A stretch of 64,000 nt of DNA from Candidatus Heimdallarchaeota archaeon (GTDB lineage Archaea > Asgardarchaeota > Heimdallarchaeia > JABLTI01), in contig DXJV01000005.1 of assembly GCA_019056785.1 (NCBI GenBank), forward strand, positions 1-64,000. Direction: 5' to 3'. A program made the position numbers and the translations under genes. Under the pieces are notes generated by a model. That model ran no database searches. It was not told the DNA's origin and was given only the letters and a program-made list of their open reading frames with translations. Numbering within the stretch: position 1 is the first letter of the stretch; every line of letters starts with the position of its first letter. Below are positions 1 through 9,022 of this stretch, piece after piece.

Positions 1-945
1 CAACCTTCTTTAGGTGGAATAAACCTCTAGGATATTTCCAAACCAAACTGCTATGCTGTTCTCGAAACCCTTCGTAAAGACCCTGAAATTCAGATTCCAG
101 TCTTTCATGATGATGCTCAAGGAACCGCAACTGTGATTTTAGCAGGTATTCTTGGAGCGCTAAAATTTGTCGGCAAAAGTCTGGACCAGGTTAAAATTGC
201 TATGCTAGGCGTTGGTTCAGCAAACACGCGCACAGCTTATTTATTTGAAGCTGCGGGGGCTAATCTCAAAAATGTTGTTATGTGTGATTCAAAGGGGATA
301 ATTACCAAGGACCGACCTGACATCGTTGAACAAAAAGATTACGACTTTTTCAAATATGACTTGGCCCAAAAAACCAATGGTGAGGGTTTAAGTGGTGACT
401 TTGGTGTGGCAACAAAAGGCGCTGATATTATTATTTCTGCTTCTAAATCCCAACCCGGAACCATTAAAAAGGAATGGATCTCTCACATGGCAAGTGATTC
501 AATTGTTTTTGCATGTGCAAACCCCCTACCTGAAATTTGGCCTTGGGATGCAAAAGAGGCGGGTGCAAAAATCGTCGGAACAGGTCGGAGCGATTTTCCA
601 AATCAGGTAAATAATAGCCTTGGCTTTCCTGCGATTTTCAGAGGCGCCCTTGATGTGCACGCTCGAACCATTTCAGATGAAATGTGTGTTGCTGCTGCCC
701 ATGCTCTAAGTGCAGTTGCTGAAGAAAATGGCCTGAAACAAGATTATATACTCCCAAAGATGGACCAATGGAAAGTTTATCCCAAAGAAGCCACAGCAGT
801 AGGGATGAAAGCCATTGAACAGAAAATTGCCCGCATAGAGATGGAAGAAGAAGAGCTCTATAAGATGGCTGAAGAAAAAATCAAATACGCACGTGATCTG
901 ACTAAGCTCTTAATGGATGAGAAATTCATCAAACCAAAAATTTAG
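1..945 (+). CDS. NAD(P)-dependent malic enzyme, 5'-truncated by window edge; in-frame TAG at 28-30
   Basis: Frame 1 from base 1 reads QPSLGGINL*DISKPNCY...PVFHDDAQGTA, then GVGSA, FACANPLPEI, TGRSDFPNQVNNSLGFPAIFRGAL, all malic enzyme motifs. Confidence 0.93.
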
Positions 946-967
946 CCTTCTTCCCTTTCTTTTTTTT
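946..967 (+). terminator. Oligo-T archaeal terminator candidate after malic enzyme
   Basis: Pyrimidine tract ending in a long T run immediately after the stop codon. Confidence 0.45.
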
Positions 968-1841
968 AATTTTCTTTTAATAAAAAGATAGCTTTTGCAA
1001 TTTGTTTTATACCAACTGTGATTAAGCAAATTATCAACAAAGAATTGCGAAATGCAAGTGTTTCTATTTCTCCTGTTTTCAAAAAATATTTTGTAATGAC
1101 AGTAAGGTGATACATAAAGGTCCATTCATAAGCTTCCGGGACAGAGAATACAAAGGCTGTTACAAAATTCACAAGAAAAGGAATGATATAGAAGAGAAAT
1201 AAGGTTGGAATAATTGCAATAGAACTTGAGAATTTAAAGCTATGAGCTAACATCACAAAAAACAAAGTGATGTTAGTAGCCAACAATGCCCCCAGAAGTG
1301 TCATTATAAAGGCTTTTAGTATTAATACAAAGGTTAGAGAGATACCCGTCCAAACCCAGAGAATTGCATCAAATGTTAGTACTGCAAGAACACCTGTGAT
1401 ACTTAACCCAAAAAATACCGTGAGGTAATGCGCAGCAAAAATATTTATTTTCCTCACAGGTAATGCAAAGTAGCGTTTCATGCTATCATTCGCCGTTTTT
1501 CCGAAAGCATCAAGGACAAGCATTAAGGCCATCATCTGTAAGAGAAATTGCCCGATGATTGTATAACCATCTGCGCTGAATTGTTGGAAAACTTGCACAC
1601 CATGATCAAGAATGAATGCTTCATATTCACTTGCAATGGCATTCAAAAAGATTATCGCCGGAAGGAGGATCAAAGAAAGTGCTACAAAGAATTTCAACGT
1701 AAGGATGATTCGTTTAAATTCAAATCTCACTAAAATAGCAATTTCTCTCAAATCTTTAACTATAGAACGTTCAAAAACATAGTAATAGAATCGTACGAGA
1801 AAGTTTCTTTCTTTTTTAGTAGATGGTTCAATTACTGTCAT
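966..1841 (-). CDS. ABC-2-type transporter permease
   Basis: About 6 hydrophobic segments and an ABC-2-like loop (YFALPVRKINIFAAHY); directly downstream of an ABC ATPase. ATG at 1841 preferred over the ORF start at 1901. Confidence 0.75.
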   Translation of the reverse strand: MTVIEPSTKKERNFLVRFYYYVFERSIVKDLREIAILVRFEFKRIILTLKFFVALSLILLPAIIFLNAIASEYEAFILDHGVQVFQQFSADGYTIIGQFLLQMMALMLVLDAFGKTANDSMKRYFALPVRKINIFAAHYLTVFFGLSITGVLAVLTFDAILWVWTGISLTFVLILKAFIMTLLGALLATNITLFFVMLAHSFKFSSSIAIIPTLFLFYIIPFLVNFVTAFVFSVPEAYEWTFMYHLTVITKYFLKTGEIETLAFRNSLLIICLITVGIKQIAKAIFLLKEN

Positions 1842-2808
1842 GATTTGCTTTTCCTCTCTGTTTGAGATTTGTTTTTTTCTTTTCTCTTCTTTGTTCAACA
1901 AACGGTCTGAAAGAAAACACAGGAATGCGATTTTCTTGCAATCGGTTAACTAGGCTAGTGCTGAGTTGTAATGCATCCTCAGTCTGAACCATGATTTTTC
2001 TCCCAGAAAGTTGATAGTTTTCATCTCCAAGGATTCGCTTTATTTCTTCAGGGTTAGGTGCTTCTTCAGTAAGAATAATCTCCATTGACTTGCAGCGTTC
2101 AGTAATAACTTCTGTAATTGGTCCGTCGATGAGAATCTCTCCTCTATCAATTACTATCAATCTATCGCTCATAATGAGAGCATCTTGAATATTATGAGTG
2201 CACATTATAATCGTTTTATTCTGATTTACAACATAATCATGAACGAGTTGATAGATCTTCATTTTCCCTTGCACATCGATGAAGGAAATGGGCTCATCAA
2301 AAAGTATGATTTCAGGATTGCCAATAAGTGCCAACGCTAAACTGAAGCGTTGCTTCATTCCGGAAGACATTAACTGTGGCGATAAGTCCCACCATTTGCT
2401 TAGCCCCATCATTTCGAGTAAGCGATTTGTTTCCTCTAATGCTTTTGCTCTTTTTAATCCTCGCAACAAGCCAAAGTGGTATAATGATTCCTTAATGTTG
2501 ACATTGGCGTAAAAGTCAAGTTCCGACGGCAAATACCCTATCAGTTTTTTAATGGTTAATTTGCTTTGCTGAGCATCATACCCCTTCACAAATACTTTTC
2601 CTTTGGTTGGTTTGATTAACCCCATGATTGCTTTCATAATTGTCGATTTGCCGGCGCCATTTGGTCCAAAAAGACACACTCGTTCACCTTCTTTAACATC
2701 AAAGGAAATATTCCGTAGTGAGGTGACTCGTGCCCGTGAGAAATATGTGCCATAGATTTTACTCAGTTGTTTAATCTGTATTAATGCGTCCATTCCAAAG
2801 CCTGCCAT
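1828..2808 (-). CDS. ABC transporter ATP-binding protein
   Basis: Walker A GPNGAGKST, signature MSSGMKQR, Walker B ILFDEP, H-loop CTH. Confidence 0.93.
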   Translation of the reverse strand: MAGFGMDALIQIKQLSKIYGTYFSRARVTSLRNISFDVKEGERVCLFGPNGAGKSTIMKAIMGLIKPTKGKVFVKGYDAQQSKLTIKKLIGYLPSELDFYANVNIKESLYHFGLLRGLKRAKALEETNRLLEMMGLSKWWDLSPQLMSSGMKQRFSLALALIGNPEIILFDEPISFIDVQGKMKIYQLVHDYVVNQNKTIIMCTHNIQDALIMSDRLIVIDRGEILIDGPITEVITERCKSMEIILTEEAPNPEEIKRILGDENYQLSGRKIMVQTEDALQLSTSLVNRLQENRIPVFSFRPFVEQRREKKKTNLKQRGKANHDSN

Positions 2809-2947
2809 TGTTGTTTATTTTTGATTAATTCCTCCTCAGTTAAAACCTTGTGCTATTCCTTAAAAATTGTTTTCTAATTAGTCTGAAAGTTAATAATTGG
2901 TAAAGGAGTACTAATAGACTATTACTAATTGGTTGGAGTGCTAAAAA

Positions 2948-3814
2948 TTGTCGCGTAAGAAAGGACCCCGGAACTTAAAGGGCTTCTTGCTTATCATTCT
3001 CCTTTCACTTTTTGTTCTTCTACCAAAGTTGCCAATTATCCTCCTTGGCTCGTTACATCTCCCCTCACATGCTCTTGCAACGGAGGCTAATGAAAATCAG
3101 TTTCCTTTTGTTGGGCAGTATAATGTTTACGAGGTTACTCAAACCACAGACATCCTAGTTGCTGCTTCTGGAACCCTTTCGGTGAATTACCTTTCCATGT
3201 TAAATGAAACTGCCATTTATGGCCGCTTCCGGATTGAAATCACCTCTGTGATTGAGTTTTACAATGAATCCGCTGTTGGCAGTGAAAATTTGAATACCCG
3301 GCACCTCTACATTGATTCTTCTAATACCTACATGATTTACTTATTTATGGAATATTTTTTTGATTGGATCCCTGGAGAAGTTACTCCCACTCCGATATGG
3401 ATTTTCCCACAAGACATGCAAGTGAACAAAACAGTCAAATTCTGGAATTATTATGGCAATTGCTCAAAAAGCCAATCCATTCTTATTATGGAGAAATATT
3501 ACGAAGTGTTTGTCTTTCGATTGCAAACGCCTGAACTCAATATGACTTTAATGTATGGTTTTGCCCGCCACAATCTCAGCTCGTGGTATGGAATGCTGTT
3601 TTACATGTCTGCCTCCTTTTATGAACCAAACCAGGGGCGAATGTTACATGCTTATTTCAAATTAGTATCTACCAATGCTGAATTGCTACCATTAGGAGAG
3701 CTTAATAAGAAGAATATCCTGTCAATTACTCTTTCATTTTATTCTGTGGTAATCGTTGGGTCAATAATTGTCCGTTTAAAGAAGCGACGAGACTTAATTG
3801 GGGGAGAAGTTTAA
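2948..3814 (+). CDS. Hypothetical secreted/membrane-anchored protein
   Basis: Basic N-terminus plus hydrophobic signal-like segment, aromatic beta-rich body with N-x-S/T sequons, C-terminal TM helix followed by KKRR. Confidence 0.7.
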   Translation: MSRKKGPRNLKGFLLIILLSLFVLLPKLPIILLGSLHLPSHALATEANENQFPFVGQYNVYEVTQTTDILVAASGTLSVNYLSMLNETAIYGRFRIEITSVIEFYNESAVGSENLNTRHLYIDSSNTYMIYLFMEYFFDWIPGEVTPTPIWIFPQDMQVNKTVKFWNYYGNCSKSQSILIMEKYYEVFVFRLQTPELNMTLMYGFARHNLSSWYGMLFYMSASFYEPNQGRMLHAYFKLVSTNAELLPLGELNKKNILSITLSFYSVVIVGSIIVRLKKRRDLIGGEV

Positions 3815-3917
3815 TGAACCGGTTCGCTGAAAAAGAGAACCGCAACAAAAGATTTAAAGATAAAAATTTCTTTGAACAAGTAGTCTTATTAAGATGATTG
3901 GATAGAGATGAAAGCAA

Positions 3918-4262
3918 ATGAGTGCCCCTGAAGCAACTGAACAGAAAAAGAGCGAACAATTTGTCCATTGGAAAGAGCAACCATACGAAGTTAAAGTTAT
4001 GGACTTAGCTTCAATTGCTTGGTTTATCATGGTTATTTTGACAGCGATCTTCGCCTTCTTCATTGAATTTAATTTACGAACATTTCCGACTCTAATGTTT
4101 CCCTTATTCATGTTTTTGTTTACTATTAGCCTTCGTTACAAACTTGTGGATAAACCTTCCGCCTTAAAAAACATCTTCATTATCTGGGTGGTTGTTTTCT
4201 GCATTATGTTGCTCGTATCAATCCTCATCATTGCAAAATATCCCCCACTAATTAGTACCTAA
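3918..4262 (+). CDS. Small hypothetical membrane protein (3 TM)
   Basis: 114-aa ORF with three hydrophobic helices. Confidence 0.7.
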   Translation: MSAPEATEQKKSEQFVHWKEQPYEVKVMDLASIAWFIMVILTAIFAFFIEFNLRTFPTLMFPLFMFLFTISLRYKLVDKPSALKNIFIIWVVVFCIMLLVSILIIAKYPPLIST

Positions 4263-4368
4263 AATCTTTTATCCACAAACTTTCCTTCTTTTAATTAATT
4301 GTGGTAATTAAAATAGCTTGCTGGGAAGTTATTTATAGATAAGTTGTTTAAAAGATTCAAATAGAAAG

Positions 4369-5328
4369 GTGTCTAATTTGTTGCTCGAAGAATTGAAAAA
4401 ACTAGACGGAATAACGGATGAGCTCCTTGAAAAACTCACCGAGAAAGGGTATACAACGGTAGAATCACTCTGCTGGTTGATGCCGGAAGAATTAGCTGCA
4501 AAGATCGCTATTGAAACCGAGTTGGCTGTGGAAATTATTGAAAAAGCAAATTCGCTCATGAGTTTTCAACCTCTCTCAGCAGCAGCGCTTTTGGAAAAGG
4601 AGAAAGAGAAAAAACCAATAACTACAGGTTCAAAAGAATTGGACGACCTTTTAGGTGGAGGGATTTTTACAGGTGAGATAACTGAAATCGCTGGTGAATT
4701 TGCAACTGGAAAGACTCAGCTTTGTTTTCAATTGGCAATCAATGTCCAATTACCACCTGAGAAGGGAGGACTAAAAGGCGGTGTTTATTATATTGACACT
4801 GAAGGCACTTTTTCTTCTACCCGTATTGCTCAAATTGCCAAAGAAAATGGTCTTGACCCACAACAATTCTTGAAAAACATTGCCGTTACTCGGACCTATA
4901 ATTCGGACCACTTAATGTTTTTGGTTTTAAATGCAGAACAGCTTATTAAGAAACGCAACATAAAACTTTTCGTGATTGATTCTATAGCTTCTCATTTCCG
5001 GGCAGAATATATCGGCGATAAGAAACTTGTTCCTCGTCAACAAGCAGTCATGCGTCTTGCAGAGACCCTAAAACATTTGGTTGAAAATTATGAATTAGCA
5101 ATAGTGGTGACCAATCAAGTGATTGCCACTATTGACGAGAGTTTATTTGATAAATCACCTCATCCGGCATTAGGTTTTGCGTGGGCACATCGTCCACATC
5201 AAAGAATTCTTCTTCGAAAAGGCCGGGGACAGGCTCGTATTGCTCGTATGTATGATTCTTCGCGCTTACCAGATCGAGAATGCATCTTTTTTGTCACAGA
5301 AAAAGGCATTACAGATAAAGGCACTTGA
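4369..5328 (+). CDS. radA: RadA/Rad51-family recombinase (possibly a paralogue)
   Basis: N-terminal HhH-like domain, ITTGSKELDDLLGGGI, Walker A GEFATGKTQ, YIDTEGTF, Walker B VIDS, FRAEY, TNQV. Confidence 0.9.
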   Translation: MSNLLLEELKKLDGITDELLEKLTEKGYTTVESLCWLMPEELAAKIAIETELAVEIIEKANSLMSFQPLSAAALLEKEKEKKPITTGSKELDDLLGGGIFTGEITEIAGEFATGKTQLCFQLAINVQLPPEKGGLKGGVYYIDTEGTFSSTRIAQIAKENGLDPQQFLKNIAVTRTYNSDHLMFLVLNAEQLIKKRNIKLFVIDSIASHFRAEYIGDKKLVPRQQAVMRLAETLKHLVENYELAIVVTNQVIATIDESLFDKSPHPALGFAWAHRPHQRILLRKGRGQARIARMYDSSRLPDRECIFFVTEKGITDKGT

Positions 5329-5333
5329 CTTTT

Positions 5334-6002
5334 CTATCGTTTTAAAAATTGCATGTGTTCTGCCCAATGCTTGGAGGGGATCTCCAGAGTTGCAAGTACC
5401 GCTTTTGCAGAGATTTCTCCTTCTCTTATGATCTGTGGGCTTGGTTGTAATTGAAAATCTACTAATGTTGAGGGTTTCCTTTGTGGTAATTTTCCCACAT
5501 CCAAAATTATATCCTTTTCATCAACAGTTATTTGTGAAAGGATTTCTCCTACTGAGAGCGGGGAAGACATACCTGTTCGATTGGCACTTGTCGATACCAA
5601 CGGTCTTTGAAATTCTCCTAGAATTTGTTGCACCAGCGGATGACTCGAGATTCTAAAGGCAATGGCTTTTCTATTAAGAATGTCGGGAATGACTTTCTTT
5701 TTGGGGAGCGCTATTACTATTGGCCCCGGATGAAATCTTTTCGATAATTTCTCTGCAAGCGGATTCAGCTCTGCTATTTCTTGCACTTGTGCCAAATCCC
5801 TAACAATAACTGCCATTGGTTGGTCTTGGGGGCGGTTTTTTCGCCGATAAATCTTGTTAATTGCTTCTCTATTAAAAGCATCACATCCTAATCCATAGAC
5901 CGTTTCTGTTGGATAAAATAGCAATCCCCCTTTTTCGAGGTGTTCTTTTATTTGTAATAGTAGTTTCTTTGATAGCTTCTTTGTTTTAACATTAATCCTC
6001 AT
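5334..6002 (-). CDS. tsaC: L-threonylcarbamoyladenylate synthase (YrdC/TsaC, short Sua5-type)
   Basis: YPTETVYGLGCDA, KNRP, PGP, STSAN, PST motifs; coupled to kae1. Confidence 0.93.
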   Translation of the reverse strand: MRINVKTKKLSKKLLLQIKEHLEKGGLLFYPTETVYGLGCDAFNREAINKIYRRKNRPQDQPMAVIVRDLAQVQEIAELNPLAEKLSKRFHPGPIVIALPKKKVIPDILNRKAIAFRISSHPLVQQILGEFQRPLVSTSANRTGMSSPLSVGEILSQITVDEKDIILDVGKLPQRKPSTLVDFQLQPSPQIIREGEISAKAVLATLEIPSKHWAEHMQFLKR

Positions 6003-7068
6003 TTTCCTTTCCTCTCGTCGATTTTACCTTTGGTGAATGGGGCAACTCGAGTGAACTCCAGGTTATTTTAACATGGTCGCTTCGCCAGTCAGGTTTAACC
6101 TGGGACTCTTCAATGGAAAGCCCTCCTTCTGCTACAAAGGTTAATATTCCATTCCAAGCGATCATTGCACCATTATCACTGGCAAAATGGAAAGGGCAGA
6201 TTGAAAGGTTAACATTCCAATCCTTGCAAATTTCGTGAAGCATTTCTTGGAAGCGTTTGTTCCTCGCAAATCCTCCGACAACTAATATTTCTTTTGTGCG
6301 AGTGTGTGCAATCGCTCGTTCAGTAATTTCAGCTAACATGGACAATGCTGTTTCTTGTAAACTGAATGCAACATCTTCTACTGCTATGTTTTCTTTCCTC
6401 ACTAGTCGTAGGGCTGCTGTCAGCAAACCGGAAAAGCTAATACTCATCCCTTTTACGCTATAGGGCAGTGGATGGTATTTTGTTCCTTTGGCTGCGACTT
6501 GATCGAAAACCGGTCCTGGCCAAGGATTATTAGGGTCGTGTAATCCTACTTCTCTTGCAAATTTATCCAAGCAATTACCAACAGAGATATCTAATGTTTC
6601 ACCAAAGATTACATAATAGTCATTTACAAGAGAGGAGATTTGAGTTGTTCCCCCACTAACCATTAAAATAACGGGATCTTTTGTTTTAGTCAAAAGTTTC
6701 CCTATCTCAATATGACTAACAACATGATTAACACCCACGAGTGGAATATTATTATATGTTGCAATGGAGCGGGCAATGACTGCACCTGTTCGTAAGCAAG
6801 GCCCCATCCCCGGCCCTTGAGAGAATGCTACAAGTATCAGGTCGTGGGGAGAAAGTTTGCTTTCGGTGAGGGCTTGTGTTATAAGTTGTGCGGCTTTAGC
6901 ACTATGATGCCGTGCGGCTTCTCTGGGATGAATGCCACTCCCTTCTGGAGGAAGATACGATGATTTAATATTTGCATAAATCTTTCCTCGGGAATCAACA
7001 ATACCAATTCCCAAAGTGTGTGCAGTGCTTTCAATTCCCAGACAAATAATTGGTTCTTCGTTAGTCAT
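5992..7068 (-). CDS. kae1: tRNA N6-threonylcarbamoyltransferase Kae1 (KEOPS)
   Basis: LGIESTAHT, GIHPREAARHH, GPGMGPCL, VNHxxxHIE, VSGG, GETLD, DNGAMIAW. Confidence 0.96.
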   Translation of the reverse strand: MTNEEPIICLGIESTAHTLGIGIVDSRGKIYANIKSSYLPPEGSGIHPREAARHHSAKAAQLITQALTESKLSPHDLILVAFSQGPGMGPCLRTGAVIARSIATYNNIPLVGVNHVVSHIEIGKLLTKTKDPVILMVSGGTTQISSLVNDYYVIFGETLDISVGNCLDKFAREVGLHDPNNPWPGPVFDQVAAKGTKYHPLPYSVKGMSISFSGLLTAALRLVRKENIAVEDVAFSLQETALSMLAEITERAIAHTRTKEILVVGGFARNKRFQEMLHEICKDWNVNLSICPFHFASDNGAMIAWNGILTFVAEGGLSIEESQVKPDWRSDHVKITWSSLELPHSPKVKSTRGKENED

Positions 7069-7214
7069 TAAGCTTTAATCCTTTTGATGCTTTTTAAAAA
7101 TAATACTCATTCTTGTTAATCTGCCATTTAAATTTGATTCTAAAAATCAAAGAAATTGATGGCGATTCTTCGCTTCTGTTTGCAAAATTGTAGCTCGCTG
7201 GTTTTAATTTCCCC

Positions 7215-7517
7215 CTATTTATGAGTGAGTTCTAAAGGAAAGACTGTTGCAAGGGCATTGTAAATGGTTTGATTCACATAGCTGTCTGCATCAGACAAGA
7301 TTAATTCTATTACTTCTTGAAGAAGATTCCCTTCTTTGTCTCTAATTTCATCCAATCCCAAAATGGCTGAAAGTGTTGGTTCATTTGTGTGAACATACTT
7401 CCCTTCTGCTACTTTCTGATAGCCAGCACTTACTAATAATTTATGAACTCTCTCGAGGTCTTTGCGAATTTTCGGTGTTCCTATTCGAAGAATCATCGGT
7501 CTTGATATATTGGTCAT
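7215..7517 (-). CDS. Hypothetical ~100-aa protein immediately downstream of the Arf GTPase
   Basis: ATG at 7517 with GTGAGG RBS, 14 nt after the Arf stop codon. Confidence 0.7.
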   Translation of the reverse strand: MTNISRPMILRIGTPKIRKDLERVHKLLVSAGYQKVAEGKYVHTNEPTLSAILGLDEIRDKEGNLLQEVIELILSDADSYVNQTIYNALATVFPLELTHK

Positions 7518-7531
7518 TTTATCATCCTCAC

Positions 7532-8086
7532 TTAAATTTTCTCGAGTTCTATTACAATCCATTGAATAGCTTCTTCTACCCCCACTCCTTCTGTAGCAAT
7601 TGTTGGTTGGATATGCCAGCTCCGGTTTTTCATCTGTTCAGGGTCATTCAATCCCAATTTGTGAATCAATTCTTCGATTGACATCGCCCCTTCTTTATCT
7701 TGCTTGTTCGCAACGATAAGTAAAGGTGCATCAGGATACTGCGGGTCAAGCAGCACTTTCCAGAGTTCAGTTTTAGCTTCTTCAAATCGTTCTCGGTCAG
7801 CAGAATCAATCACAAAGATTATTGCACTCGAACCTTTCATCAATGTTCCCCAAAGGTTGCGAAAATGCAGCTGCCCTCCAAGATCAAAAATGCTAAGATT
7901 GACGTTTTTCCTTTTCAAGACTTCAACGTTGACTCCGATTGTTGGTAACGTTTCGATGTTTTTTTCAAATCGCAAGAAATTAAGCATGGTGGTTTTTCCT
8001 GCAGCATCTAAACCCACAACAGCAATTTTAAATTGTTTTCGTTGTCTAAAGAGTCTTGCTAAAAAGCTCAATTGTCTCGTCCTCAT
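7532..8086 (-). CDS. Arf-family small GTPase (Asgard Arf-related)
   Basis: G1 GLDAAGKTT, PTIGxNVE, DLGGQ, LW, IFVIDSADRER, ANKQD, R-S-WHIQ; N-terminal amphipathic helix (L)SFLARLF. Start may be TTG at 8071. Confidence 0.95.
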   Translation of the reverse strand: MRTRQLSFLARLFRQRKQFKIAVVGLDAAGKTTMLNFLRFEKNIETLPTIGVNVEVLKRKNVNLSIFDLGGQLHFRNLWGTLMKGSSAIIFVIDSADRERFEEAKTELWKVLLDPQYPDAPLLIVANKQDKEGAMSIEELIHKLGLNDPEQMKNRSWHIQPTIATEGVGVEEAIQWIVIELEKI

Positions 8087-8257
8087 TTCTTAGCTTTTTT
8101 ACAGAGTTTGTTTTTTCGGTTATAACAAAAGCATATAACCTTCTGTCATTAATTGTTGCTCTATGAACCCTTATTGGAATTACTGTTAATAAATCCATCT
8201 TAAGGGACATTCTTCTCCTTTTTTATCTTTTTACTTTTTAAGATAGCTCAACATTAC

Positions 8258-9007
8258 TTATACGAGATCGGCAGTGATTTCAATCGTGTCAAGTCGCTCG
8301 TCATATTTCACTATACCTTTACTGTCCAAATTCCGGATGGCTTTTAGGATGATGACCGGCGGCGTTTTTGAAACGGCTTTCTTTAGTTCTTCTAATCCCA
8401 TTGCTTGATTACGGTAGGCTAACGTTGCAAGGATGTCCACTTCAGGGATGTCTATTCGTACCTCTTTTAGGAGAAAGTCAAGTACCGGGCTAATCTTTGT
8501 ATCTTGCTCTTTTTCCTCGAGTAATTGTTGCAGAGTCTTTTGAGCATCTTGAATTCGATTGTTCATACGATTCTTAACCTCTTCTTTTTCTTGGAGTTTT
8601 GTTTTTGTGCTGTCTTTTATGGTTTGAATTTGCTGTTCTAGTGAGGATAATTCACTCTTTTTATTGTCGAGAGTTTTTACTAATTGTTCTGTTTCTTCGG
8701 TTAATTTTTGTATTTTCTCATCTTCATCATTGATAGAGAGATTAATTCGATCTATTTGCTCTTTTAATGATTCAATCTCTCGGAGGAGCCCTTTTTTCTC
8801 CTCTTCTAGTTGAAGCTCATCATTCTTCCGATTAGTGAGATTTTTCTCCAATTTCTTGAAATGCTCTTCTGTTTTGTCTAAATAGTCGATAGCTGAAGCA
8901 ATTTCTTTGACAATACCTTCAAATTTCTGTTTTAAGTTTGTATTTAAATGTTCAAGGCGTTCTTTTTCAGCAATTAAGTTTCTTTTGAGGCTTACAAAAT
9001 CAGTCAT
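8258..9007 (-). CDS. Long coiled-coil protein with C-terminal winged helix (paralogue B)
   Basis: About 170 aa of E/K/L-rich heptads, then LDFLLKE...EVDILATL...ILKAIRNLDSKGIVKYD, a wHTH pattern. Confidence 0.8.
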   Translation of the reverse strand: MTDFVSLKRNLIAEKERLEHLNTNLKQKFEGIVKEIASAIDYLDKTEEHFKKLEKNLTNRKNDELQLEEEKKGLLREIESLKEQIDRINLSINDEDEKIQKLTEETEQLVKTLDNKKSELSSLEQQIQTIKDSTKTKLQEKEEVKNRMNNRIQDAQKTLQQLLEEKEQDTKISPVLDFLLKEVRIDIPEVDILATLAYRNQAMGLEELKKAVSKTPPVIILKAIRNLDSKGIVKYDERLDTIEITADLV

Positions 9008-9022
9008 CTTATTTCATTCCTC

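Noticed and set aside
28-30. Pyrrolysine or genome-wide TAG recoding
   Set aside because: Only one in-frame TAG was seen, at a catalytic Glu near the window edge; TAG acts as a normal stop in at least five genes here.
3814-3897. 27-aa ORF (MNRFAEKENRNKRF...) overlapping the upstream stop as TAATG
   Set aside because: It has a plausible RBS but is too short and has no motif; cannot be supported without conservation data.
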